This document shows, one piece after another, positions 7,045 through 15,115 of a stretch of DNA of 32,000 nucleotides. A model generated the notes under the pieces. It saw only the letters and a program-made list of their open reading frames with translations, was not told where the DNA came from and searched no databases. Source of the DNA: Dickeya solani IPO 2222 (GTDB taxonomy: Bacteria > Pseudomonadota > Gammaproteobacteria > Enterobacterales > Enterobacteriaceae). The stretch's first letter is position 1. Each line of letters starts with the position of its first letter. Where the stretch lies: assembly GCF_001644705.1 (NCBI RefSeq), contig NZ_CP015137.1, positions 4,800,001 through 4,832,000 of the forward strand, read 5' to 3'. The translations under genes were made by a program, and so were the position numbers.

Positions 7045-9114
7045 TCAGGGTTTAATCAGTGACGCGCGTGATGGCTGCGCGTTTTTGGCCGGTAACAGCG
7101 CCAGATACACCTCGGTGGATTCGCCGGGCGCCAGCGTGGTTTTCGGCCAGGCGGCCACCGCCAGCGTGCGGCTGCTGGCGCAGTTGGCTTCGTCAACGCG
7201 CTGAGGGCGAGTACCGATGTTTTTCACCACCCCCACCGCCAGACTGAGGGTCAAACTGCTGTACCACTGATGGCGGTTGCTCTGATAACTCAGTGACGGC
7301 GATGCGCGGCAGAACTCCGACAGGCGCGCCCCGCTGCTGTCGATGGTGAATCCGGCGGGCGTCTGGCCGCTGGCCAGATCGCGCATGGCGTTCTCAACCA
7401 TACCGAACAGATCGGTTTTGCTGTTGCGCTGCGCCACGCGCCCCATGGCATCGTTGAGCTGGCGACGGTTATCTGCCGACACGAATCGGGTGGGATCGTT
7501 CTGATCGCCAATCAGGTGCGGGGTAAGAATGAACAGCCGCTCACGACGGGACACTTCGTGCTGGCGCGAGGTGAACAGTTTGCCGATCCAGGGGATATCG
7601 CCCAACAGCGGCACACGCTTATCACGATCGCCGCTCTCTTCCACGTGGAACCCGCCCAGCACCAGCGCCCGGTTCTCGCCAATCAGCGCCTGCGTGCTGA
7701 CGGTGCCGCGCTTCACACCGGAGGCGGTGCCTTCGGTGTTGGTTTCCACCTGACCGTCTTCAATGTCGATCACCAATTGAATGCTGCTCGGGCTGCCGCG
7801 GCCAACCACACGTGGCGTCACCTGCAGGCTGGTGCCGGCGGTCACCGGCTGCACATTAGCCACCCGCTCACCGGTGGCGGTGATGAAGGCGGTGCGGCTG
7901 AAGTCGATCACCGCGGGCTGGTTTTCCAGCGTCAGCACCGACGGGTTGGCGACGATCGACGCGGTACCTTCCCCTTCCAGCGCCTGAATATCGGCGAAGA
8001 AGCGTTTGAAATCGCTGACAAACAGCGTGCTGGAGCCGGACATCATGTTGGCGCCGCCGGTGACCGCGCCCAGTTTGCCCTGCCAGTTGGCCTCCAGCCT
8101 GGAGAGCGCGGTGCGATCGACATCCAGGATGATCGCGTCGATATTGACCAGATTTTGCGGCACGTCGATCTTGTCGATCAGTTGCTGGTATTCGTCCCGG
8201 CGCTTTTCGTCGTCGCGGATCAGCAGCGCGTTGTTACGCACATCCGCCGACACCTTGCCGTTTAGCTGATCTTTTTTACGGCTGGTCGCCGCCGCGCCGC
8301 CACTGGAGCGGCTCGCCAGCCGGGCCAGCATGGCGCGGGCATTGAGCTCAATCGACTGACTGGCATCCTGCCCGCCGCCGCTGGCCGCCGCCATCGCGCC
8401 GTCGCTGCCCATGCCGCTGGCGGCGGCCGACGCGCCGGCAGGCGAGCTGCGGTTGCCATCCATCAATTCATTCAGAATGGTCGCCACGCCGGGGATCACC
8501 AGACGCTGATCGCGATACTGAATAGTACGATCCGACACCGAGGCATAACGCAGCGGAAAAATCATCACCTTGCGGCGATCTTCCTTGGTTTCGCGCTGCT
8601 GGCTGAAGTTGCGGATCAGGTTGACGTACTCCGCCGGGCCGGTGACCAGCACGACACCCTCTTCCGGCAGTTCTCCCCAGCCAAAACGCGAATCCAGCAA
8701 GCCAATGCCGGTCAGCGCCTGTTTCATATCCGGCGCCGCATCCTGCGACACTTCAATGCGCACCGATGTCTGCTCATCCTGCGGGCTGACGTACAACACG
8801 TTGTTGTAGACGAACCACTGAAAACGGTGCTCCAGCGCCAGCCGGTCCAGAAACGCCACCGCGTTGTCGGCGCGGATTTTGGCCACTACGTTGGCGTCCT
8901 GAACGTTGCCCAGCACCAGATCGACGCCGTGGCTGTTGGCAAAATCCTGCAACACCGCCGACAGCGGCGTCTGCTCGGCGGAATAGGCATACGCGCCTTT
9001 GCTCCAGTCGGGCGGCGTCGTCGCGTGCGCGATGGGCAACATCCCCATCAGCACCAGCGACCAGCAGAACAGGCGGTAGAGGTTGAACAATAGTGCATAC
9101 AGCGCGTTACGCAT
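7045..9114 (-). CDS. hrcC: T3SS outer-membrane secretin HrcC (SctC)
   Basis: 689 aa with an N-terminal signal sequence. Contains the conserved secretin C-domain (...VANPSVLTLENQPAVIDFS..., ...VPLLGDIPWIGKLF...RERLFILTPHLI). Confidence 0.95.
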   Translation of the reverse strand: MRNALYALLFNLYRLFCWSLVLMGMLPIAHATTPPDWSKGAYAYSAEQTPLSAVLQDFANSHGVDLVLGNVQDANVVAKIRADNAVAFLDRLALEHRFQWFVYNNVLYVSPQDEQTSVRIEVSQDAAPDMKQALTGIGLLDSRFGWGELPEEGVVLVTGPAEYVNLIRNFSQQRETKEDRRKVMIFPLRYASVSDRTIQYRDQRLVIPGVATILNELMDGNRSSPAGASAAASGMGSDGAMAAASGGGQDASQSIELNARAMLARLASRSSGGAAATSRKKDQLNGKVSADVRNNALLIRDDEKRRDEYQQLIDKIDVPQNLVNIDAIILDVDRTALSRLEANWQGKLGAVTGGANMMSGSSTLFVSDFKRFFADIQALEGEGTASIVANPSVLTLENQPAVIDFSRTAFITATGERVANVQPVTAGTSLQVTPRVVGRGSPSSIQLVIDIEDGQVETNTEGTASGVKRGTVSTQALIGENRALVLGGFHVEESGDRDKRVPLLGDIPWIGKLFTSRQHEVSRRERLFILTPHLIGDQNDPTRFVSADNRRQLNDAMGRVAQRNSKTDLFGMVENAMRDLASGQTPAGFTIDSSGARLSEFCRASPSLSYQSNRHQWYSSLTLSLAVGVVKNIGTRPQRVDEANCASSRTLAVAAWPKTTLAPGESTEVYLALLPAKNAQPSRASLIKP

Positions 9115-9541
9115 GCTGATCTCCTTGCAAAAAAGCCAGTGTTTTTAGATTCAGCGGCGACGGCGATGCCGGTCTGGCCAACGGCGCCAACAGGCTCTGC
9201 CAGACATCCCGCTGATTAACCAGCGCTTCCAGTGAGCAACACAGCCGAATCGGGTCATCCGGCTCGCGTCGCATCAGTAACCATAACTGCTCGTCAGCGG
9301 CGGACCAGCAGAGGGCGGCGGCATCCATGCCCAGTCGCAACACGGCGGCCGACGAGTAGCGCAGCGCCTTGTGCAACAGCCGGTCATCCACCTTGACCGA
9401 CCGCGTGACGACGGCGGAACAGCCCACACCGTCGTGATAACGGGTCAACACCACCGGGCTGCCGTCAATGTGCAGCGTCAACTGGCCCGTAGCGCTGTTG
9501 AGCCAGCGTTCGATGACCCCAATCAACTCAGTTGAAGTCAT
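9107..9541 (-). CDS. hrpG: HrpG (small T3SS chaperone-like regulator, partner of HrpV)
   Basis: 144-aa ORF whose end overlaps the hrcC start by 8 nt and whose start overlaps the hrpF end by 14 nt. Assigned by the conserved hrpF-hrpG-hrcC order. Confidence 0.6.
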   Translation of the reverse strand: MTSTELIGVIERWLNSATGQLTLHIDGSPVVLTRYHDGVGCSAVVTRSVKVDDRLLHKALRYSSAAVLRLGMDAAALCWSAADEQLWLLMRREPDDPIRLCCSLEALVNQRDVWQSLLAPLARPASPSPLNLKTLAFLQGDQHA

Positions 9542-9755
9542 TGATGATGGCCTTCGCCAGGCCGTGCTTGACGCTCAGCATCTGCCCGGCGGCCCAGTTG
9601 GCGTTCGAATAGTCCATGCTGGCTTCATAAAAGGCATAGCTATCCGCCGCGCTAACCTCTCCCTCCGAGACGTTCAGTGCCATCTCGTCAAGCCGGGACT
9701 GCGCATTGACAAACGCGCCGTCCAGCCGGCGCTGAATAGGTGAAGATGAAGACAT
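9528..9755 (-). CDS. hrpF: HrpF (small T3SS protein, first gene of the hrpF/hrcC operon)
   Basis: 75 aa (MSSSSPIQRRLDGAFVNAQSRLDEM...). Size and position are typical of HrpF. A consensus hrp box lies 63 nt upstream. Confidence 0.65.
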   Translation of the reverse strand: MSSSSPIQRRLDGAFVNAQSRLDEMALNVSEGEVSAADSYAFYEASMDYSNANWAAGQMLSVKHGLAKAIINDFN

Positions 9756-9817
9756 GATTGCGTACTCCCGTTGATTGAGCTGGTGTGTTTGTTGAACAGA
9801 TATGGTTGGCCTGCAGT

Positions 9818-9845
9818 TGTGTGGCCGGGGAGCGGCGGCGGTTCC
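9818..9845 (-). promoter_or_regulatory. HrpL-dependent hrp-box promoter of the hrpF-hrpG-hrcC-hrpT-hrpV operon (GGAACC-N15-CCACACA)
   Basis: Minus-strand reading is ggaaccgccgccgctccccggccacaca, a full match to GGAACC-N15-CCACNNA. Confidence 0.88.
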
Positions 9846-10039
9846 ATTGGATGGGGGAAAGAGGGAAAAGAGACTAGCGACGACAGCGATTAAAGTTGTT
9901 TTAGGGGTACGGGAGAGAGGGATTGACAGTCGCCGCTCTCCACCAGATTAGCGGTTAAGTAGACGACGATACGGACAGTTGAACGGCCAACCATCGAAAT
10001 AATTAGTCAGGCACCATCGCCGACCAATATTTAATCAAT

Positions 10040-10444
10040 TCAATATTTCATCCTGAACGCAGCGGCCATCATCCCGATCTTGTGCATGTTGTTATTGTTG
10101 CGTGCCATTTTATGGGCTTCGGGTTTTAAAATAATAATTAACAGGCAGGCCTCGGGATCCATCGCTCCCTGGCAGTAGACCAAATGGGCCCGATCGCTGG
10201 TTCTCTTGAACTGGCGCAAGAACCTGGGAAAAGGCGCATCCGCATCGGCAAGGTGGATGTGAGCCACCTGCTCTGCTTTTACTAATGGATAGGTTCGGTC
10301 ATCATCATAAGGCGCGTCACGCCCAAATGTGTCCGGTAGTACCCCATTCTGCTTATAGGCGTGAAAATCCGCGACCAAATCATCAAGCTCTTGCTGGCTC
10401 AATTGTTGACGGATCAGCGTTGACTTGAAAATCCGTATGTTCAT
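10040..10444 (-). CDS. yafO: Type II toxin, YafO family (ribosome-dependent mRNA interferase)
   Basis: 134 aa. Extensive similarity to E. coli YafO as recalled (...FKS.LIR.QL...ELD.L.ADF..YK..GVLPD.FGRDA.YDD......VAHIHLA......FP..LRQF.RT.D.AHLVYCQGA.D......I.ILKPE.HK.AR.NN.MHKIG.MA.AFRM..). 4-nt overlap with the upstream antitoxin gene. Confidence 0.9.
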   Translation of the reverse strand: MNIRIFKSTLIRQQLSQQELDDLVADFHAYKQNGVLPDTFGRDAPYDDDRTYPLVKAEQVAHIHLADADAPFPRFLRQFKRTSDRAHLVYCQGAMDPEACLLIIILKPEAHKMARNNNNMHKIGMMAAAFRMKY

Positions 10445-10734
10445 TCCGTGAACTCAGTCAGATCCTTGCCAGAGGCATCATTCAGCAGTTTCTGACCGCT
10501 ATCTGCAAGGGCTCGTAAACGTTCGGCCGTTGGCCTAAAGCGCGCTACGGTATGAACCGTTTCCTGCTTCGCCTCTAGCAGATCGATCAGTTCTTCAAAG
10601 ACTTTGGCACTCACCATGTAACCGGCGGGCCGGTTGTTAGAAAGCACGGCAACAGGCTCATCAATAAAATACTTAGCCGGATTTTTCCTTAACTCTGTAA
10701 TATTTATAGATTTTTCAGCAAGAATACGCTCCAT
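10441..10734 (-). CDS. yafN: Type II antitoxin, YafN (Phd/YefM family)
   Basis: 97 aa. MERILAEKSINITELRKNPAKYFIDEPVAVLSNNRPAGYMVSA... is near-identical in its N-terminal half to E. coli YafN as recalled. RBS AAGGTGG. ATGA-type overlap with yafO. Confidence 0.9.
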   Translation of the reverse strand: MERILAEKSINITELRKNPAKYFIDEPVAVLSNNRPAGYMVSAKVFEELIDLLEAKQETVHTVARFRPTAERLRALADSGQKLLNDASGKDLTEFTE

Positions 10735-10768
10735 AAACCACCTTTAATGTCTGTTTTAGTGATCACTA

Positions 10769-10790
10769 TAATACACACTATAGTATGTAT
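10769..10790. promoter_or_regulatory. 22-bp near-perfect palindrome upstream of yafN (candidate antitoxin operator / promoter)
   Basis: aatacaCactatagtAtgtatt has one mismatched pair and is centred on ctatag. It lies 35-56 nt upstream of the yafN ATG and overlaps TATAGT / TATTAT -10-like hexamers on the minus strand. Confidence 0.4.
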
Positions 10791-10892
10791 TTATAAAACA
10801 TGCAGTCGGTTAAACGTCAGCGTCTGATGGAGCACAGGAAACGTAAGACCATTCTCCTGTCTAAAATCAATGGATAGGTCAGGCAGGAAGAT

Positions 10893-10922
10893 AAAAAAAG
10901 GCCGCTATCACCGATAGCAGCC
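10893..10922 (-). terminator. Intrinsic terminator of the 349-aa hydrolase gene
   Basis: Minus-strand RNA is GGCUGCUAUC-GGU-GAUAGCGGCC followed by UUUUUUU (10-bp stem with 1 mismatch, 7 U). Begins 30 nt after the stop at 10952. Confidence 0.8.
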
Positions 10923-10951
10923 CGTGGTCAAAGGATTAAACCGAAGGAAGA

Positions 10952-12001
10952 TTAAAACGTCGTTTTACCGTACTGATAACGGTAAAAACGGCGGTATTCC
11001 GGTTTCTGCGGGTTATCCGTCGACAGCGTTTTCTGCAACGATTTACCGCCGATCAGGCCGGTGATGCCGTAGGACAGCAGGCTGGTCTGCTTGTCCAACT
11101 GGCTGATCAGGTCGGTTTTCGTGCCGGCGGCGAGCTGGTCGAGGTAACCGTTTTCAATCTGGCTCAGCAGACGGGCCGATTGTTCCCAGTTGGGGTCGAA
11201 CGACACCAGCTGTTGCAAAAACGCGATCGGTGCCACGCCTTTGCCCTGATACAGCGCGGAGATTTCATCCTCTTTGCTGACCGGCGCCGAATGGCGGAAA
11301 CCGGCCATCACCAGTTTGGCGCGTTTGGCCGGGCCGGCCTGTTTGCCCATCTGTTCGGTGATGAAGCGATACCAGCGGGAATCGAAGGCAAAGCTGGAAC
11401 GGGCGTCATAGCGAGCGCTGTACACCAGCGTGTCGAACACTTCCCGTCCGCCGAACCATTTGGTTTCCAGCTCGGCCAGGATCTGAGCGAGGGTTTTATC
11501 TTTGAGAATCGCATTAAACGCGTTGGTGTCCTTGTCGGAGTCCTGCTGCCCCTGCACCGGGTCCACCACCACCAGCCGGATGGTTTTCGCGTTGGCCCAG
11601 ACGCCGGCGGCCTGATTCTGCACCGCCAGATGGTACAGTTCGGCCAGAAACTCGGTTAACCCCACCGCGGCCCCACGGCTATGTCCGCCGACCACCAGTT
11701 GGTACTCTTTCAGCGTTTTCAGGTAATCCACCAGCGGGAACAGGCTGTCCAGCGTCACCACGCCGGCACGGTCGTCATAACCGTTGACCTGATCGTAGAG
11801 CACGCCCAGCGTTTCGCTCATATCCACAAAACTGCCGCCCCAGCTGGCGCGTTTTGCCAGCGCCTGGGTTTTGGTCAGCATGGCGGCGGTGCCGATGCCG
11901 TCAATGGCGACCACGGCGCTGAAGCCGCTGATTTCGACGTTGGCGAGAAAATCCTGTTTGGTGGTGCCGGTGCCGCAGAACCAGATTAGTACTTTTTCCA
12001 T
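10952..12001 (-). CDS. Putative alpha/beta-hydrolase (lipase/esterase-like; GHSRG nucleophile elbow; pattern reminiscent of DUF2235/Tle1-type hydrolases)
   Basis: The ORF track gives 10952..12055. The start is preferred at ATG 12001 (MEKVLIWFCGTGTT...) because AAGGAG lies 6 nt upstream. Motifs: IWFCGTGTT near the N-terminus and LVVGGHSRGAAVG (GxSxG). No signal peptide and no hrp box upstream. The family assignment is a from-memory pattern match, not a search result. Confidence 0.6.
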   Translation of the reverse strand: MEKVLIWFCGTGTTKQDFLANVEISGFSAVVAIDGIGTAAMLTKTQALAKRASWGGSFVDMSETLGVLYDQVNGYDDRAGVVTLDSLFPLVDYLKTLKEYQLVVGGHSRGAAVGLTEFLAELYHLAVQNQAAGVWANAKTIRLVVVDPVQGQQDSDKDTNAFNAILKDKTLAQILAELETKWFGGREVFDTLVYSARYDARSSFAFDSRWYRFITEQMGKQAGPAKRAKLVMAGFRHSAPVSKEDEISALYQGKGVAPIAFLQQLVSFDPNWEQSARLLSQIENGYLDQLAAGTKTDLISQLDKQTSLLSYGITGLIGGKSLQKTLSTDNPQKPEYRRFYRYQYGKTTF

Positions 12002-12540
12002 GTCTAACTCCTTGGTTTTAAATAGATTAACGTCTGTGGTGTATCCGTCAGGCAATGTAGCGGGCCGAAGGCCGGCATGCTGCGTCAGAACAACGCGAAT
12101 TCAGGCCGTAACGACGGCGAACAGACCCGGACAAACATGCCAGAGAACAACAAGAGGCCGGGAACGCTCGCGCCCGGATAAGCGGAATGAAGTCCATTGT
12201 CGACGGCACAGGGCCTGCGACACCGCGTCCATTGCGATAACGGTTCAGTGCAGCGCCAACCTTCCATAACAACGTCTCAACTGACTGGCGGCGCTGAACG
12301 AGTGCAGACTACAGGATGAGACTCGCCGGTTAACGGCACGGAGGTTGTGTGGTCGCCCAGCGGGAAAATGCGACCAAAAACAAGGGGGATGAGGAGTAAA
12401 GTGAGCAGGGAAAAAGTACAGAACATACTGGGCCGTGCCGGCGATAGAAAAACCGGGCGGACCTGCGCCAGCGCAATACGGTAAGGCATCCGTCGGCTTA
12501 CACTGCCGGACGGCGTGCCGGGCAATCAGGAGCAATTCCC

Positions 12541-13701
12541 GTGAAAAGCTATCTTGAAAATGACGAACTGAATGAAACCTACCCGGCGCATCCGTTTGCG
12601 TTGCAATCATCGGATGGGAACGCGACCCTGACCGGTCAGATCAACTATCCGGAAACACCGACAGGCGTGTATCCGTTGGTGGTGCTGGTACCTGGCAGTG
12701 GTATGCATGACCGCCATTATCTGATCGGCGGCAGTGGTATTCAGGAGGATTTTGTCTTCACCTGTCTGGCGCAGGATTTTCTGGCCGCCGGACTGGCAGT
12801 GTTACGGTTCGATGGCCGCGGCGTCAAAAGCCACCAGCGCGATAAAACGCTGGATAACCCGGAATACCTGTTCAACCGCGATCTGGCTTATCGGCAATTG
12901 TTTATTGATGCCGCCGTCCGGCAGACGGTGACCCCGCAAAGCCAATACAACGATCTCTACACGCTCTGTCAGTATGCCGTCGGGCTGCCGCACGTCGACC
13001 GGCGTAACCTTATTCTGCTAGGCCATTCCGAAGGCACCATTAATATCGGCCGCATGGTGGCGCGTTACCCGGTCGCCGCCAAAGCCCTGATGCTGGTTTC
13101 ACCGACCTTCTCCTCCATGAAACACCTGATGGAATGGCAGCTCATCCACCGCACCGTCGCCTGGCTTAAGGCAATTCCACACACTGGCGACCGGCTCACG
13201 CTGGAGGAGTTGAAAAACGGATTCGGCCACAGCCCGCTGGCGTTCCTGCAACCTATCAGCAGCCTGCTGCCCTATAAGGGGTACTGGGATGAGGCGGATT
13301 TCGACGGCATGACCGCCAGGTTGCAGGTCAGTTTCGATACGCAGCGCGATATTGTCTTAAGCCATGACGATCGTGATCCCTGGCCGGCCGACGCACCGTT
13401 CACCCAGTCATCCTATGCCTGGTGGAAACAGTGGTATCAGAATGAGACGCCGGAAATTGAGCATCTGGCACGCTGTCAAAGCCGGGTGCTCTGTTATTTC
13501 GGCATGATGGACACCCAGGTGAACGCCGCCGCCGAAGCGGCATGGTTCGAGCGCGTCAAACACCGCTTCCCGCATGTCGATATCACCCTGCTGCCGGACG
13601 TTGGACATACCCTCGGCATCCACGGCCTGCTGGGGCCGATGACGGCATCGTGCGCCGACCTGCTGGTACGAACGGCGCACGATATCGTAACGGCGCGCTG
13701 A
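12541..13701 (+). CDS. Alpha/beta-hydrolase fold protein (serine hydrolase, GHSEG nucleophile elbow)
   Basis: 386 aa from GTG 12541 (AGGAG 7 nt upstream). Contains ...YPLVVLVPGSGMHDRH..., ...LILLGHSEGTINIG... (GxSxG), and a C-terminal ...LLPDVGHTLG (candidate catalytic His). No signal peptide. Confidence 0.75.
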   Translation: MKSYLENDELNETYPAHPFALQSSDGNATLTGQINYPETPTGVYPLVVLVPGSGMHDRHYLIGGSGIQEDFVFTCLAQDFLAAGLAVLRFDGRGVKSHQRDKTLDNPEYLFNRDLAYRQLFIDAAVRQTVTPQSQYNDLYTLCQYAVGLPHVDRRNLILLGHSEGTINIGRMVARYPVAAKALMLVSPTFSSMKHLMEWQLIHRTVAWLKAIPHTGDRLTLEELKNGFGHSPLAFLQPISSLLPYKGYWDEADFDGMTARLQVSFDTQRDIVLSHDDRDPWPADAPFTQSSYAWWKQWYQNETPEIEHLARCQSRVLCYFGMMDTQVNAAAEAAWFERVKHRFPHVDITLLPDVGHTLGIHGLLGPMTASCADLLVRTAHDIVTAR

Positions 13702-13711
13702 ATGCCGGCGT

Positions 13712-15025
13712 TTAACGGCAGCGCAGCCTGTCAAGCAAGGCATGGTCGGGGTAGCCATCCGTCGGCAACCCTTCCTGCTGCTGGTAGGTGCGGATCGCCT
13801 GCGTGGTGGCGCGGCCAATGTTGCCGTCGATAGCGCCCTGATACAGCTGTTTTTCCTGTAGCAGGATTTGCAGCGCCTCGCGCTCTTTGCGCGTTAACGG
13901 CGTCTCCTGACGCGGCCAGGGCGTGAGCACCGGCGTATCGTGCTGGTAGTTATCCGACAGCAACCCGACGGTCAGCGCATAGGAAATGTCATTGTTATAC
14001 CGCAGAATGGCGCGGAAATTAGCCGTCACCAGAAACGCCGGGCCATTCTTGCCGACCGGCAGCAATATCGAGGCTTTCTCAGAAGACTGTGCGGTCAAAT
14101 CTCTGGGCACCGAGGCTCTCACCCCGAGCGCCTGCCAGTCGGCAACGCTTTTCTGGTTATCCATGCCGGAAACGGCATAATCAAAACCGGCGGGCAGATT
14201 CACTTCAAATCCCCAGGGTACGCCCGCTTTCCATTTGGCCTGCTGCATATAGTTCGCCACCGACGCCAGCGTGTCCGGGAAAGAGGTCCAGATATCGGGG
14301 TGACGATCGCCATCAAAATCCACGGCGTATTGCAGATAAGAGGTCGGTATGAACTGCGGCATCCCCATCGCCCCGGCCCAGGAGCCGTTTATTTGCTGCT
14401 GCCGTGCATCGCCGTTTTGGATCATGCGTAACGCCGCGATCAAATTCTGCCGGTTAAACGCCCGGCGATAATGGTAGTAATCCAGCGTGGCCAGCGAGCG
14501 AATGACCGCTTTATCGCCGGTGTTGGCGCCGTAATGGCTTTCAATGGAGAGAAAAGCGAACAGCAACGGCGGCTCAACCTGATAACGCTGTTCGATGCGA
14601 TTCGTTACCTTCGCGTATTGCTTGAGCAGCGTTTTCCCTTGCACAACGCTCTCCGGCGTTACCCGCTGCGCAATATAGGTCCACACCGGCGTAACCAGCT
14701 CAGGCTGCTTTTGCGTGGCGGCCACGACATCGCTGTCCGGGGTCAAACCAGCAAACGCGTTATCAAAGGTGTCAGCGGTGATGCCCTGAGAAAGCGCTTC
14801 CTGACGCAGCGCGGCTTTCCACTGTGCAAAACTTTCGTCTGGCGCAGGCAACCCCGCGGGCGCGTCAGTAACGCCGTGCAATTTCAGCAAGCCATCAATA
14901 TCCCGGCATTCACCGGGAGGAGCATGCGTGTGAGCGCATGAACTTAACACCCCGGTGCCGAGCAGCAGCACCATCACCTTTGCCATCGACATCATTAACG
15001 ATGTCGGTGTTCTGTTATTGACCAT
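13712..15025 (-). CDS. Lipoprotein lytic murein transglycosylase (MltB/SLT_2-like) with C-terminal peptidoglycan-binding domain
   Basis: 437 aa. Lipobox GVLSSC in MSMAKVMVLLLGTGVLSSC, so the true start may be one of the ATGs at 14986-14995. Catalytic-type motif FLSIESHYG. C-terminal PG_binding_1-like LYQGAIDGNIGRATTQAIRTYQQQEGLPTDGYPD. A lytic transglycosylase homologue interrupting the Dickeya hrp cluster has been described. Confidence 0.85.
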   Translation of the reverse strand: MVNNRTPTSLMMSMAKVMVLLLGTGVLSSCAHTHAPPGECRDIDGLLKLHGVTDAPAGLPAPDESFAQWKAALRQEALSQGITADTFDNAFAGLTPDSDVVAATQKQPELVTPVWTYIAQRVTPESVVQGKTLLKQYAKVTNRIEQRYQVEPPLLFAFLSIESHYGANTGDKAVIRSLATLDYYHYRRAFNRQNLIAALRMIQNGDARQQQINGSWAGAMGMPQFIPTSYLQYAVDFDGDRHPDIWTSFPDTLASVANYMQQAKWKAGVPWGFEVNLPAGFDYAVSGMDNQKSVADWQALGVRASVPRDLTAQSSEKASILLPVGKNGPAFLVTANFRAILRYNNDISYALTVGLLSDNYQHDTPVLTPWPRQETPLTRKEREALQILLQEKQLYQGAIDGNIGRATTQAIRTYQQQEGLPTDGYPDHALLDRLRCR

Positions 15026-15068
15026 GTGACTATTCCATCAGAGACAGAGACATACCAAAGCCGGCCCG

Positions 15069-15115
15069 TACCATTATCGTTACCGGAATGATCGCTACCG
15101 GAATGATCGTACCGG
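15069..15115. repeat. Tandem direct repeat, about 3 units of 15 bp (TACCGGAATGATCGN)
   Basis: Reads taccattatcgt / taccggaatgatcgc / taccggaatgatcg / taccgg. Lies 44-90 nt upstream of the lytic transglycosylase ATG and downstream of the hrpE stop. Confidence 0.75.

Noticed and set aside
7516-8265. Antisense ORFs inside hrcC (7516..8265 and others), hrcV (24489..25032, 25123..25593), hrcN (27316..28599, 27752..28654), hrpX (20954..21526), hrpQ, hrcQ, hrcR (30861..31487)
   Set aside because: They lie opposite or out of frame to genes with unambiguous conserved T3SS motifs. Compositions are typical of GC3-driven shadow ORFs. No RBS or start context supports them.
10735-10800. LexA box upstream of yafN (expected by analogy with the E. 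coli dinB-yafNOP operon)
   Set aside because: The only CTGT in the region (ctgttttagtgatcac) is not followed by ACAG at N8, so no SOS box can be supported.
12002-12110. hrp box upstream of the 349-aa hydrolase, the 386-aa hydrolase, the cupin gene or the lytic transglycosylase
   Set aside because: I scanned both strands of the upstream gaps for GGAAC[CT]-N15/16-[CT]CAC. Only partial -35-like strings were found (e.g. gggaacgctcg at 12160, ggaaactgaat at 4538), with no -10 element at the right spacing.
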